Shown here: positions 38,573-51,146 of the stretch, piece by piece
How positions within the stretch are numbered: position 1 is the first letter of the stretch
How the letters are laid out: every line of letters begins with the position of its first letter
From: Lama guanicoe
Taxonomy: Eukaryota
Reading direction: 5' to 3'
Length of the DNA: 64,000 nucleotides
NCBI GenBank assembly: GCA_013239625.1
Contig: MU053482.1
Coordinates: 124,001 to 188,000 of the forward strand
The notes under the pieces: generated by a model
What the model saw: the letters and a program-made list of their open reading frames with translations, nothing else
What the model was told of the DNA's origin: nothing
Database searches by the model: none
Translations under genes and position numbers: made by a program

Positions 38573-40494
38573 GATTCCACTAAATTTTCGATCTGCATCT
38601 CCTTCTACCTTAACAATAATTCACGAGCTGCTTCCAACACTGACTTCCACAAGGAAAACTCCAGGTCTTTTTCAAGGTGAAGTGTCATATTTATTGGTAT
38701 ATTCATGTACTTTCTGACCATTTAATGGATGTCAAACACTACTACCATTTTTATTAGGTTCCCATCCTTTTTAAATGTGTCACTGATGACATTTTTAATG
38801 TTGTGCCCCTACTCCCATTTTCCCTCCCATAGGCCCTATGGTTTTGTCATGTTATCTTGCACAGTGTGTTGACTTTTAGAATACGTCTCATTATAGCAGT
38901 GGGACTTGTGGCTGATGGTGAATAACTCTCATTTCCATGAATATGTAAGGTTTCTGAAACTGTAGGAGCCCCTGTTAGTCAGCAAATGCTATTTGGGCCA
39001 GCAGTTTTGTCCCACAATTAAAAGCAATAAATATTTATTTATAGACAACTGACTATGGGGCATTGTGACAAGCAGTGGTGATACTGGGGCTAATAAGAAG
39101 CACTGCCTGTAACTCTTTCAGTCTGGTGGCAGGGGAGAGATGAGTGATTACAATGCAACAGAGGCAGACATGCCATTTAAGAGTAAAGAAAGCAAGGTCT
39201 TCTCTCCAGACTTCAGGGAGTCAGCAGAGACCTCTCAGAGGAAGTGCTCCTCTGCCCCAGATCTTTCCACTCCCATAAATCAGTCTCTTTCCTTGTTGCC
39301 CCCACCTCTGCCTCCTGACTCTACTTCCTGAGCCACCCAGCCTATCAGCACTGAGCAAAGAGGCAGAAAGGGAAGAGTTAATGTGGCCGGGTGGGAGGGG
39401 TAAGGGTCCCCGGAGGGAAGCAGGGAGAACAGCCACATAAAGGTCCCCCAGGCATTGGTCAAGGCGAGGAGAAACTGCCAACACCCAGATCCAAGTCTCT
39501 TTCCCCAGTCAAGTTTTCTGCTGGTGCTTCCTTCCTCCTTCAGGTATCATCCATCCAACACGCATCAAGCTTCTGCAGTTGGCTAGATTCTGGGAGGAAT
39601 CAGTTCTATACATCCTGCCTCCTCCAGCATCAGAGATGCTTCTTCCTCATATGGCTGCTACCCTGGGTTGAGAGCCACTTTCTCCCTGTCACCTGCACTC
39701 CCTCTGGCACCACAGGAATGAGAATCTAGTGTGACCCCCTTCTGGATTGTGAAGAAGGAAAGGAGACAGAAGTTCCTTTTTTTTTTTTGCCGCCATCTCT
39801 CTTTCTCCATTGCTTCCCAGGACCTATGTCAACTCTCCAGCCCATGTTCAAGTTCGCCACTTCAGCATCAAGTTAAGAATAACGTAAGCACTCCGTACCC
39901 CAAAAACCCACCAGGTTTTCTCCTGTCACGCCAGCCTTCTGGCTTCACTCCAGGTCCCATCTGCCTCCTCCTCCTGTCTCTCCCTTTCTCTGCTCTCCTC
40001 CTTTCTTCTTGGAGGGTGGATTCCCAGAATGTTAAAGCTCAGCCACACTTAAGAGCATGGTGCCCATCCCCACTGTAGAGCCCAGCACCAGCTTTCCCCC
40101 ATCTACAGAGACTGAGACAGACTCTACTTGGACCCTGAGGAAGAAAAACATTCATCTCAGCTCCACTCTCAGCTGACCTCCACCTGCAGGGCTCCAGCTC
40201 TACCAGCGACTGCAGCAGTGACACCCCACTTCCTCTCCACCTCTGTGCCCATGCTCCCCTGCAACACTCACGGGCCTTCAGGCTCAAGGATTCTCCCATC
40301 CTAGCTAGGGCTGCGACCTTGATTATCCATCCAAACCCCAGTCAAAGGTTATAACACTGTGATCCTCCCGGCCCTGCACCATTCTTATACACACATGGAT
40401 GGATCCATGCCACTGTGACACCCCCAAATCTCTCCCTGTCCTTCTCCTATCAGCAATCATGCCCTCATGAGCCCTAAAGCTTTGACTCTACAGG

Positions 40495-41457
40495 ATGGCA
40501 GAAGCTCCACAGCCCAACTCCACCTTCTCACGCCCAACCTTCTTCATACTGACTGGCATTCCAGGGCTAGCAGGTGCCCAGGCCTGGCTGACCCTGGTCT
40601 TTGGGCCCATGTATCTGCTTTCCCTGCTGGGCAATGGAGCACTGCTGGCAGTGATGCAGATAGACCCCACGCTGCACCAACCCATGTTTCTGCTCCTGGC
40701 CATGCTGGCAGCCACAGACCTGGGCTTAGCCACATCTGTAGCCCCAGGGCTGCTGGCTGTGCTGTGGCTCGGGCCCCGGCCTGTGCCATACGCTGCCTGC
40801 CTGGTCCAGATGTTCTTTGTTCACACACTGACTGCCATGGAATCTGGGGTGCTGTTGGCCATGGCCTGTGACCGTGCGGTGGCAGTAGGGCGTCCGCTGC
40901 ACTACCCTGTCCTAGTCACCAAAGCCCGCATGGGCTATGCGGCCTTGGCCCTGGTGCTGAGGGCTGTGGCTATTGTTGTGCCTTTCCCTCTGCTGGTGGC
41001 ACGATTTGAGCACTTCCAAGCCACAACCATAGACCACACCTACTGTGCCCACATGGCAGTTGTGGAGCTGGTGGTGGGTAACACACGGGCCAACAACTTG
41101 TATGGACTGGCACTTTCGTTGGCCGTGTCAGGTGTAGACATTCTAGGCACCACCGGCTCATATGGGCTCATTGCCCAGGCTGTGCTGAGGCTGCCCACCC
41201 AGGAAGCCCGTGCCAAGGCCTTTGGCACATGTAGTTCCCACATTTGTGTCATTCTGGCCTTCTACGTGCCTGGCCTCTTCTCCTACCTCACACACCGCTT
41301 TGGTCGTCACACCATCCCAAAGCCCGTGCACATCCTTCTCTCTAACATCTATTTGCTGCTGCCACCTGCCCTCAACCCCCTCATCTATGGAGCCCGCACC
41401 AAGCAGATCAGGGACCACCTCCTAGAAATCTTCACATTCAGAAAAAGCCAGTTCTAA
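40495..41457 (+). CDS. OR52W1: Class I olfactory receptor 52W1, intact, 320 aa
   Basis: LHQPMF, MACDRAVAVGRPLHY, HTYCAHMAVVEL, KAFGTCSSH, PPALNPLIYGARTKQIR; matches recalled human OR52W1; acceptors at 40453 and 40493 just upstream. Confidence 0.93.
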   Translation: MAEAPQPNSTFSRPTFFILTGIPGLAGAQAWLTLVFGPMYLLSLLGNGALLAVMQIDPTLHQPMFLLLAMLAATDLGLATSVAPGLLAVLWLGPRPVPYAACLVQMFFVHTLTAMESGVLLAMACDRAVAVGRPLHYPVLVTKARMGYAALALVLRAVAIVVPFPLLVARFEHFQATTIDHTYCAHMAVVELVVGNTRANNLYGLALSLAVSGVDILGTTGSYGLIAQAVLRLPTQEARAKAFGTCSSHICVILAFYVPGLFSYLTHRFGRHTIPKPVHILLSNIYLLLPPALNPLIYGARTKQIRDHLLEIFTFRKSQF

Positions 41458-43474
41458 TGGACAGTGAAAACAATGGTGCCTGGGGGTGGAGGCTAGGGGA
41501 CATTCAGAGGAGACTGGGGTCTGGAGTGTGGATTATGTCATCTTTGTCCCATGGTCTGCATACGACGTGATCATCACCCAACAGATATTTGCTGTGAAGG
41601 CTCTATGTGTACCACTGGCATCTGTAAACTGGCCTAGCCATGCATCCTGCTTGGGAAGAAACAGGAGACAGGGTACCACGTGTTATCAGGCAGGAAAAAT
41701 AAGAGATCAGGGAATTATTATAGGATCATAGTGCATTCCGTTTAACTTAAAGAATAGCTATCTCCCTCCTCCTCCCCCCACCCCACACCTCCACAGATTC
41801 CGGACCTGGGGGTCTGGGAAGAGTGACACTGCCTCCGAAGGCAAGTGCTTGGAATCACAGCCCTCTACTCCTGGAGCCAGATTGTTTTCAGTCAGTCAGC
41901 AGGTATACAGGCTGATCCCCACCTTCTGAGAATTTGGATAATGTGCCCTGGAGTCCCAAATTTGTCCAAGATACCGTTCTTTAAGACATTCTCAGTTCAG
42001 ACAATCTTCTCGGTCCCATGTATAATCACTATTACCCCTCCCGTTCCCACCCTGCCAAAGTCTCAGGAATTAATGGCTAGAACTGCTCTCCCAGGGGTCT
42101 GCAGTTTCAGGGGTCAGGAGTCCAAACGAAAGAAATTTTGATATCCCAGAAAACCACTGTAACCACTTCACCTGCTTGCCTGAGGTCCAGAGTCATTATG
42201 GTCTCTCACCTATCTGCCCTTTTGTGCATCCTCAGCCAAGAATGTAGAATTTCCAAATAGAATCCTCATCAGCACTCGCATTTGTCCTGGCCAACATCGT
42301 GAGACACACGCGATGTTGGTGCAGTATGATGAAATAGGGATATTTCACACTGCTGTGGCTGCCAGAGAACAGATATTGAACAGGAAGTGTCACAGTGTTG
42401 CCCCACATGAGAGTCACTTTCAGCTAAAAGACTCCGCTGGAAAGACATTGCACAAAAAGATTTTCATACCAGTATAAAGTCCAGAATGAGTATAATCTCA
42501 GACAAAAAGCAGAGAGTCAATGTTATGAGGTTAGAGAAATCTGCAGGCTGCACAGGCAGACCCAGGTTCTCTGGGAAAACAATCGTAACCGTGGGTATAG
42601 GAGTTAGCCACAAAAACCTGAAGCCTGGTGCTGTCCTGACAGCTCCGCACAGACAGCTGGACCAAGCACCATGGGATACCACACAGGAGGAGGCTGCAGA
42701 TCTGAAAAAGCAAGTGATGCCATCTCCAGGGCCACATGGGGCCTCGCCAGGTCCTCATTAACAAGAAACTGAAGAGAGAGCCCAGAAGCCTGGTATGATT
42801 TTCAGAGGTGCTGTCATGCTGAAGCCAAGTGGACGAGGAGGAAATCTAGTTTCCCTCAGCCCAAGTGTGGGCTCAGTCATTCTCAAGGCTCATCTCTTTC
42901 ATGAAGTTGTGAGTTAAGAAGAACTCCAGGCAATGATTTTGCAGATAACTGTGACAAAATTCTAATCCTAATGAGTCATGAGTTTTTAAGATGTACATAT
43001 CCTTCTCTGAGTGATTCCTCTTCAATAAATTTATCCTGACAAAATAATTAGAGATGTGAACAAAGATGTATGCAGTAAGATGTTTATTACAACATTATTA
43101 TAAAGAAATATAAAGAAATGTGTGACAGTCTTGTGTCACACATACACACGCACACCGTTTTTGTCTTTCCCTTCTGGTACGTGAAAAGGGAAAATCACAC
43201 ACAGCCAATGTTCATAAGCAATGACTTCAGTCCCCCTCCCACCACTGGCAGCCTCTCTTCTAAGGCACCTTCACTCTGGTTGCACACAACTCCCAAGGCA
43301 GCTGAGTCCGAAGCTGTATACTGTTCCCTGTAAGAACTTTCCTCCCTCAAGCCAAAGGTCCACCCCCTTGGACACTCGTATTTTGTTTTGGATGGAGACT
43401 GCATACCTACCATGTGGAGTGTTTAGAAGGCTTTACCGGCACTCTCACTCCTCACAACAACCTGAGAACAATTA

Positions 43475-43800
43475 TAAGCCCATAATCCTTTATCTATAAT
43501 TCCAAAATAAAAAAAAAATCTCTTAAGAAACAATAGTTTTTTCATAACTTTGATCCAAAATCTGGCCTGACCCATCACAATCATATTTATAGTATATATT
43601 TATCTCACTTAGTGTGAATATTCATACACTTAGCTACAGAATTATTGATGGGTTTGATTATAGGGCACTGCCCTGAATCGCACTGGGGTATTCCTTTATA
43701 TATCATAAAGGCACTCTATTCCCTTTCTGAAGTCTGAAAAACTCTGAATTCCAAAACCCATCCATCCCAAAAGGTTTCAAATAAGGGATTAGGGACCTGT
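43475..43800 (-). mobile_element. MER46C-like TcMar-Tigger MITE
   Basis: Imperfect TIRs agcccataatcctttatct and aaataagggattagggacctg(ta); internal cacttagtgtgaatattcatac matches the recalled consensus. Confidence 0.75.
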
Positions 43801-44789
43801 ACGAGCATCCCTACAGCCTGAGAGAAGGGCTCCTCGTCACCACTGGTGCTGTTCAGTGCGGCCCTAGGGGTGCTTGCAGAAAGCAGCATGCTCTCTGGAT
43901 GGTCAGCCCCACCTGTTTGTTCCCCTAGTGCTCCCTACCCTGCTCACTCCTCAGATACGCTGATGATCTGTGCCTTCTTCCCCAGGGAGACCCCAGAACT
44001 TGCCACAGTGGTGGCAAGACCCTTGAGCAAGATATGGCCCGAACAGCCCAGCCCTTGGGCTCATCAACTCCACCCTGAACTCAGCTGTCACCTGTTTTCC
44101 TTCAGCAACTTTCAGTCTCAGACTCTATGAGCCAAAAGGAAAGACAGACTTTTTTATGAGATTTTTTAGGGAGCAGGAGGATCATGGTGATCAGACAGCG
44201 AGAGAGAAGACAGAGGTATGGGCTTCTGGCTGAGTTCAACAGTACCAAGTTTCCCCTCTGAGCCCCCTCTATGAACAAAAATCCAAAAGAGAGCCTCATC
44301 TGATTTCACCAACAGCTCATCAACCTGGCACCTACCTCATCCGCCCCTTCGCATCCTGGAGCCCCTCAGGGTACAGATGTGCATCACTCTCTGCCTGTTT
44401 CTCAGCAGCTCTCACTGTCTGTCCCCCAGCATCTGTCTCCCTGCACCGTCTGTCAGCTATGACCCGTGTCTGTCTCTTGTACTTGTCTCTCTCCACCTCT
44501 GTCTACCTCACTCAGAATTCCTTTCTGAGGAAACAGAGGTGCCAGCTATACTTTACTAGGTGAACTCTCCTTGTCGACCATAATAAAAAATGTGCTAAAG
44601 GGACATGAGGAGGAGGAGACTTGGTTTTACCTAACAAGAATCTTGGGGTTTCTGATTGAGTCTATGGTGGCTCTTCTCCCATTCTGCCCACTTCCCTTTA
44701 ACCAGCACTTCGAACTTCAAACTGGCACACAGCCCTCGGGCAAGCACAAGGAACATGCTGATCTCTCCCTTCACCAGAAGAAACTACTG

Positions 44790-45025
44790 TTTAATGGTTA
44801 AAGCTGGAATCAGGCAGACTTGGATTTGAACCCTAGACCCTCCATGAACTCACTGTATGTTTTGCACTAGTTTACTTAATCTCTCTGAGCCTGTTAATTC
44901 ACTTGTAAAATGGGGAGATAACAGTACCTAGTTCAAGAGATTACTAAAAGGGTTAACTAAGATAATGCCTTCAAAAGTGTTTGGAAAAGCCCCTAACACA
45001 TTCACTTTCAACAAATATTTAGATG
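44790..45025 (+). mobile_element. MIR SINE
   Basis: tggaatcaggcagacttggatttgaaccc ... ttacttaatctctctgagcct ... tgtaaaatggggagataacagtacct. Confidence 0.75.
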
Positions 45026-45697
45026 CTAATTCCTCTCCTGGAGCACAGGCCCATGCTCACTGTCAAACCCTTGCTGAAAGACCTGACACCCAAACGCTTT
45101 GCTCTGTCCAGGGAGACCTGCTCCCCACTGGGGCCAGTTACCTGTCCTTTAGGGAACTTCCCGGCAGCACTCTCCCACCACAGTAGGACCCTCCCCGGGG
45201 CCCCATACTCATACCACCTCAGTCAGCTCCAACAATGGCCAATTTTGTGAGAAGGCTCTACATGCTGGGCCAGGATAGCGGAGGGTGCTCCCCGCACACA
45301 TGGGGGTCTTCCTGGGCACACAGGAGTGGAGTGGGGAAGGAGCTTCTAGGAAGACTCTCTAGGGTGGTTCTTCTCCAGGGAAAAACCGCTCTTCTTTCCC
45401 AGCAAAACACCAGGTTGAGATCTCCAGACAGAGACACAAGTGAAAATCACCCACAGGTTAGGGCTGCAGAGGGAGAGCACCCACTAGACACAAGGCAGCC
45501 CAGGAAAGGGAGTGGAGGATGGAGAACATTTTCTTAAATTTACCTGGGTGTATCTGGTTTCCTGAAAGTTCTCTCCAGTAACTAAGGCAACATTATCGCA
45601 ATTCGATTCTCATCCTCCACGCTGTCACCGCTCAGCACGGCACCCTCCTACACACCCACCCGGCTTTCATTGTAACTGTAACCCACTCACTAATAAT

Positions 45698-45870
45698 GAG
45701 CTTCAACCTAGGCTGCACATTAGAACTGCCTGAGGAACTTTAAGAAACCCTGATGCCGAGGCATTTTCCAGACCCATTAAATCAGAATCCCTGGGAGTAG
45801 GATCCAGGTACTAGTAATTTTTAAAGCTCCCAGGTAATTCCAAAGCACAGCCAAAGTTGAAAGTCACTGC
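45698..45870. mobile_element. MER5A-like MITE
   Basis: ggctgcacattagaactgcctg ... ttaaatcagaatccctggg ... ttttaaagctcccaggtaattcc ... cagccaaagttgaaagtcactgc. Confidence 0.7.
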
Positions 45871-46045
45871 TTTATTCTCGTTTAGGTGCTGATCCCTGCT
45901 TCTCTCATGTCCCTCAGGACCCCAATCCAATCTCACAAAGAAGTCATCTGCAACTGACAAGATAGCAAAGCAAATTGCTTTAAGGAGGCTGCTAAAGGGA
46001 GGAGAGGCCTGATCCTGTTTCCTTAAAGAACTCAGACCAAGAACT

Positions 46046-46090
46046 ACACACACAAACACACACACATACACACACACATACACACACACA
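46046..46090. repeat. (CA)n microsatellite ~280 bp upstream of the C11orf42 ATG
   Basis: acacacacaaacacacacacatacacacacacatacacacacaca. Confidence 0.9.
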
Positions 46091-46367
46091 TGCAGACATG
46101 TACAAACGCCCTAATGGATACCTGCATCTTCCTCCCCTAAAGCAGGAGAATGAATAAGCAACTAAAGAGAATGAACTGAGGCTGTAGGCACAGTGAGGCT
46201 AGGAAAGTGACTGCCCTCTCCTCATCCAAGGCCCCGGCACCCAGCAGGACCTCTGTGACCTCATACTGCAGTAGGTCAGAGCCCAGGGCCTGGGGCCTCA
46301 CCTCCCTGGGCAGCCTGGGGCTCCTGCAGCAGCCACTGCCCTGCCTAACCCCTCCCACACCCCCACC

Positions 46368-46439
46368 ATGTTGGTTGGTACCCCTCACCTGCTGACACTG
46401 GATGAAGCTGATGCCACCTGGACCCTCATCAAAGATAAG
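46368..46439 (+). CDS. C11orf42: C11orf42 orthologue, coding exon 1 (MLVGTPHLLTLDEADATWTLIKDK)
   Basis: ccaccATG at 46368, 24 codons, donor AAG|gtaggt; absent from the ORF track; matches the recalled human N-terminus. Confidence 0.9.
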
Positions 46440-48536
46440 GTAGGTAAAGAGGGCTAAAGAGGAAGTAACAAAGTGTGAGCTAGATGGGTCTGAGCAGTTT
46501 CTGACTAGGAAGGGGTGGAAAGCCTGGAGACGATAATAACTAACATTTAGTCAGTGCTGGCTTGTGTGCCAGGCACTGCACAGAGTGCCCAATTTAATTA
46601 CAACTGCAAAAGCAGACAGAAAGGTTCCTTGAAAGACAACATACAGAGAGCCGTAAGAGCAGAAAGGAGAAGTGCTAAGGCAGGGTCAGGACTTAGGAGG
46701 TCAGGAAGGCTTCCTGGAGAGAGTGACATTCTAGCTAGGCAAGCAGGTATTCCCACACAGAGGGAGGAGGAATACTTGGCACATAAACGGTGCTTAATAA
46801 ACACCTGAATGAGTTAATAAGCAGGTGGGTTGGTGAGTGAGCAGTGTACTAATTAAAGGTAGAATGTATGCCAAAGCCAGGAGAGAAAAAAGAAAATGTA
46901 TACCTGTGAACTGCAAACAGTCCTCTAGAACAGAGTTCAAAGTACTGGTGGAAATGCGGTTAAAGAGGGATAGGGGCTGGTCATGAAAGGCCTTTTAAGT
47001 TTTCTAAAGAACCTGAACTTTACCTTCAGCCAGTTCACAGATTCTCTCCCGCTTAACTTCCACAGAATGAGAAATTTGGGTTTTGAGCCAAATATATGGA
47101 TTTCCAGGACCTAGCAAATCCCAGCTATATTTGAGTCGCAAGAGCCCAGAAAACCCCACCAAATCTAGATGGGGACTAATTTCTGAGATTAGAGAATTGA
47201 GGGCTCAAGTTTTGGTCATGTTATCTGAAGGAGAGTGAACAGAAAGCATTTGCAGAAGGCAGCCCACCAGGTTTAAAACAACCACCTTAAAGGAGTGCCA
47301 ACCAGACTCAAGGCAGCCTGAATGGCACGTAGGTCCCACCTGAAGTGGAGCAGCTGCTCACCACAAAGGTCAGCTTCCAAAAGAAGCAAAACCAGGAGAG
47401 CCAAGGTCCTCCCAAGAATGAGAGCCACTAGTTTCAGCAGTGTAAAAGGTTGGGCCTGGACTAGATGAATCACAATTAGGGTGAAATAAATGGGGTCTTT
47501 AACTATTAGAAAGCTACACCAGCTCTGAGAATCAGAAAAACTCCCTATGCTATTTAAATGGAAAATTGTCAGGAAATTCAGTGTAGGGACACGCAGGATA
47601 AACCACTGGTGGTGGATGGCAAATTTAAAGAGCAGGACACCTTTCTGAGTGACCTGGTTTCCTCTCTTCAGAACTGCTGACAGTTTATTGGGCACTTTGT
47701 AGAACATCTCCCTAAACAGAATGTGACTCAAGGGCTCCCTATCAGAATTCAAACCAGACAAGGTACCTACAGGAAGATAATCTTCCACCATCACTTTCCT
47801 GGGCTGCTCCTGGGTGAGCTAAATTTGCAGGCCTCTAAGCTCTTCAGAACTTCCATCCAGAAATACAAGTGCAGCAGAAGCAGGTAGTGGTTTCAAATGG
47901 TGACTCTGCCAAGAATACACTCACCCTAGCACAGAACTGAGCACTTTAGTTTTCCTATTTTAGGGTAGCCATTTGGGCCCTCAAGGGTAAGAATAAGGAC
48001 TTAATAACTTCCATTCAGGCAAATTCCTGTCTATATTCTGGAAAAGAGTTTCCAGATAAATCAGGAAGTCACCCTCTAGCAGAAACGTAGACCATGAGAA
48101 CCAGACACGTTAAACATCACACTCCTGTTAGAGGGACCTCCCCGGAGACACTTTCATTCACCTTAGTTGTACAGAAACCGAGGCACCAAAGTCGCGGCTA
48201 GGGCGGGGTTCTGAAGTTATGTCTGGTGACTATGCTTTCAAGGTCATGGGGCAGAACATTCTATACAAAAGTCCTAACCCACCATGGCTCTGCTGTCACC
48301 CCTGGAAACCCAACTGGCCCTTCTCGGGGCCTTTTTCAACCCGAGGCCTCCACTCAAAAGTTAAGTGTTCCATGTCTTAGTGAAACAAAGGAGTAAGAAT
48401 GATGGGAAATTCTTCTCTGCAGATCAACAAAGAGCACCAGTTATTTCCTTGGCTAGATGACAAAAAACAGGAGTCTTCAAAGCTATCACAGCTTGTGTAA
48501 AGCCCAGACACAGCTCCATCAGTTAGATACCCTTCT

Positions 48537-48555
48537 CTTACGCTAGGGGGCAGCA
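48537..48555 (+). promoter_or_regulatory. CTCF-like motif in C11orf42 intron 1
   Basis: cttacgctagggggcagca matches the CTCF core CC(A/G)(C/G)(C/T)AG(A/G)(G/T)GGC(A/G) at all but one position. Confidence 0.5.
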
Positions 48556-49059
48556 CTTCCAAATCAGCTTTATGTAGCAAAAAGCAGATCAGCTTTAAGG
48601 GACCACTGGTGAATTCTACCAGGCCAGCAAAGTGAGCAATGCCATCTTGGGGCACAGACATGTTGGATTTGGGAGGCTGGGGGAGGGAAGTAGAGCACAC
48701 AGCATTTTAAAATTAGAACTCTAAAATGAAAGGGGCCCAAAGAAGGGACGGTATATGCTCCCCAGCGGCATGCAGACCCAGAACTCTCAGCCAACGATAT
48801 CTGGGATGAGTTAAGATCATAACGAACTATAATTACTAAGAGGATCTTACAGGCTTTCCCAGTTGGTCATGAAGTTAAACTTTCCAAAACTGGGTTACCA
48901 AGCCCAAAAAGGCCAAGACAAGGACAAAATCGAGAGGAACTGTAATCCCTAAAAGCCTTTTGGAACTAGCATTCCAAAAATGAGGTCACAAATCCCTAAA
49001 AGAAGTACCCCCTGCAGCTAGGGCAGACACGGTGTAAGAGTGGACTTCCAAAGCTACTT

Positions 49060-49780
49060 CTGTGTATCCATTCTTGGTTAATGACATCACCCATCTAACC
49101 AATCACGTAAGAATAATCCTTGAGGATTCCTTTTCCCACACACCTTAAGTGACCAAGTTCTACTAATTCTATAACCTAAATATCTTCCCCCATTATTTTA
49201 ATTCAGAGGCTCACCATGTCTTGTCTGGAATTTTATAACATTCTTAACTGATTTTTCTATCTCCCTTTATTTTATGCCTTCCTTTCCAAATAAACTTTTT
49301 AAATGCCTATCTGATCCTGCCTCTCCTAGCCAGAGCCCTTCAAGTGGCTTCCCATTGTCCTCAGGATAAAATTCCCACCACTTAGCACACACACAAGGCC
49401 TTGAACATTCAAGTTCCTGTGTACTTGTCCCTCTCCACACCCTACACTGAATAGGAAATTATATGTTCCTGACTGTGCCCTTTAGTTTATTAAGTTCAAG
49501 TTTTTTTCACTGGCTGTTCCTTCTCCTGCCTAATTCCTTCGAAGCCAAAGTATTACCACCTAGAAGCTATCCTTGATCCTCTTCTATCAAAGACAAAGGC
49601 TGTTAAATCACAGCTCACCTGCCCCATAGCTTGCTCTCTGTTCTTTTACTTAGCTGCCTACTGTTTACATGTTTGTCTCCTCCATTAGACTGAGCTATAT
49701 TAGGACAAGGACAAAGTCTCATTTTTTTATGCATTTCCAGTATCTGGCAGAGTCTGGCAGATAATAGACATTCAAGGTTT
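49060..49780. mobile_element. L2 fragments
   Basis: tggcttcccattgtcctcaggataaaattcc, tgtctcctccattagactgagct..aggacaagg motifs. Confidence 0.6.
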
Positions 49781-49951
49781 TGCTACAGGAGAGAACTGGG
49801 AGACAAGCAGGAAGCATAACACTTTGAGCACATTGTGGAGATGTAATCCAACAGTGACAGTGGGAGGGTCAATCTAGAGCAGGCTATCAGGTAACTCCTA
49901 GCCCTGACCCTAATGCACTCAGTCCCTGACCTATAAACTGGCCACCTGCAG

Positions 49952-50750
49952 GTCATCGAGGAGCGCTTTGGGCACAATGTAGTGGCAGTACCTTTCCTGT
50001 CGGACGCAACCTGCTATGACCTACTAGGTGTGCTCGTGAAACAGTCCCGCCCAGCCCACACCCGCCTGGCTCTGCCAGGTCGGCAGGGCCGGCGGGCACT
50101 ACAACCAGTGGGGCCACTACCAAACCTCCTGGAGCAGGCAGGGTCTGAGGGAGCCTTTGCCCACTGCACTCGAGAATACTCACCAAATGGCCGAGCAGAG
50201 ATAGCCTATGGAGAAACGCGACTGTTGGATGGACAGCCCTGCCGGATCCACTTACATATGGGTGGCCTGCGCAAGAAGATGGCCTTCCTGCTGCTGCCAC
50301 CGGGGCAGGTGAGCCTACAGCAGACTCTTCCCTGGCTCCGAAGCACCCGCAGCATCTATGTTATCTACCAGGTCTTCTCCTGTTCCTGGCTGCAGCTGGG
50401 GCTGCTGCCTACCGCCCGTGAGCCCCAGCTGCTCCGGTTACAACGGTCACTGCCTATTGCCTTCTCCTGCCTCAAGTTTTCACTGCAGCCCAAGGGAGTG
50501 CTGGGACCACAGAAGCCTCTGATCAAAGACCCACTGCCTCAGGGGGCCAGTTGGGTCAGACCCAACCTCAGCACCATGCCACCTCCGGCCCCCACATCAG
50601 CCCCTGAGGATATCCCCGAAGCTGCTGCTGTGCCCGTGCCTGTCCGAGACCCACCTACACCTCCTCCCCAGGAAGGGCCAGAGGGTAGACCAACCAGATT
50701 CTCCTACAAGGGTCGAAACTTCTTCCGAAGAGGGCCCCAGATGCTGTCAG
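49952..50750 (+). CDS. C11orf42: C11orf42 coding exon 2 (799 nt, VIEERFGHNVVAVPFLSD...RRGPQMLS)
   Basis: Acceptor cctgcag|GTC, donor TCAG|gtactg; in frame with ORF 49982-50818. Confidence 0.92.
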
Positions 50751-51015
50751 GTACTGCTAGGGGAAATGAAGATGAGAGGGACGGGGCAGGGTGGAGGGGG
50801 AGGGCATGGGGAGTATAGCCCAGGAATGCATGGGGCACCTGTAACTCCACACTGGACCCTCGCGAGGAGGATGGAGTGAGGGAGCCAGGGGAGGGTGAGA
50901 TGGAAGCATGGTCCTGGTGAGGGGGTGGGTACAACAAAGAAGACCAGTGGGAGGGATCAGGGAGGCAGAAAGACCACGGCATGAGTCAAGCTCTGACTAT
51001 CCCCAACCCTGGCAG

Positions 51016-51146
51016 AGAACTGGCTCTTCAGCCCCCGCAGCCCCCCACCAGGAGCCCAGGGTGGGGGCCCCGGGGACCCCGACCGGCACTCCATGTCCCT
51101 GCCCCTGCTGCAGGGTCTGTCCTCGGAGTTCGACAGCGACGAATGA
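51016..51146 (+). CDS. C11orf42: C11orf42 coding exon 3 (ENWLFSPRSPPPG...LSSEFDSDE stop)
   Basis: Acceptor ggcag|AG completes a GAG codon; 72+799+131 = 1002 nt = 333 aa plus stop. Confidence 0.9.

Noticed and set aside
40467..41425. Alternative-frame and antisense ORFs overlapping OR52W1 (similar ones overlap the other ORs and FHIP1B)
   Set aside because: Shadow ORFs of real GC-rich coding sequence with no independent support.
47273..47794. 173-aa antisense ORF in C11orf42 intron 1
   Set aside because: Non-ATG first codon, no recognisable homology or exon context; treated as chance unless BLASTP or PhyloCSF says otherwise.
48316..48336. GC hairpin plus T-run resembling a rho-independent terminator
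   Set aside because: Bacterial feature with no meaning in a mammalian intron; a 5-bp stem is expected by chance.
50751..50818. C-terminal tail of ORF 49982-50818 (GTARGNEDERD...)
   Set aside because: Read-through into intron 2 past the donor at 50750; the spliced exon 3 gives the expected C-terminus.
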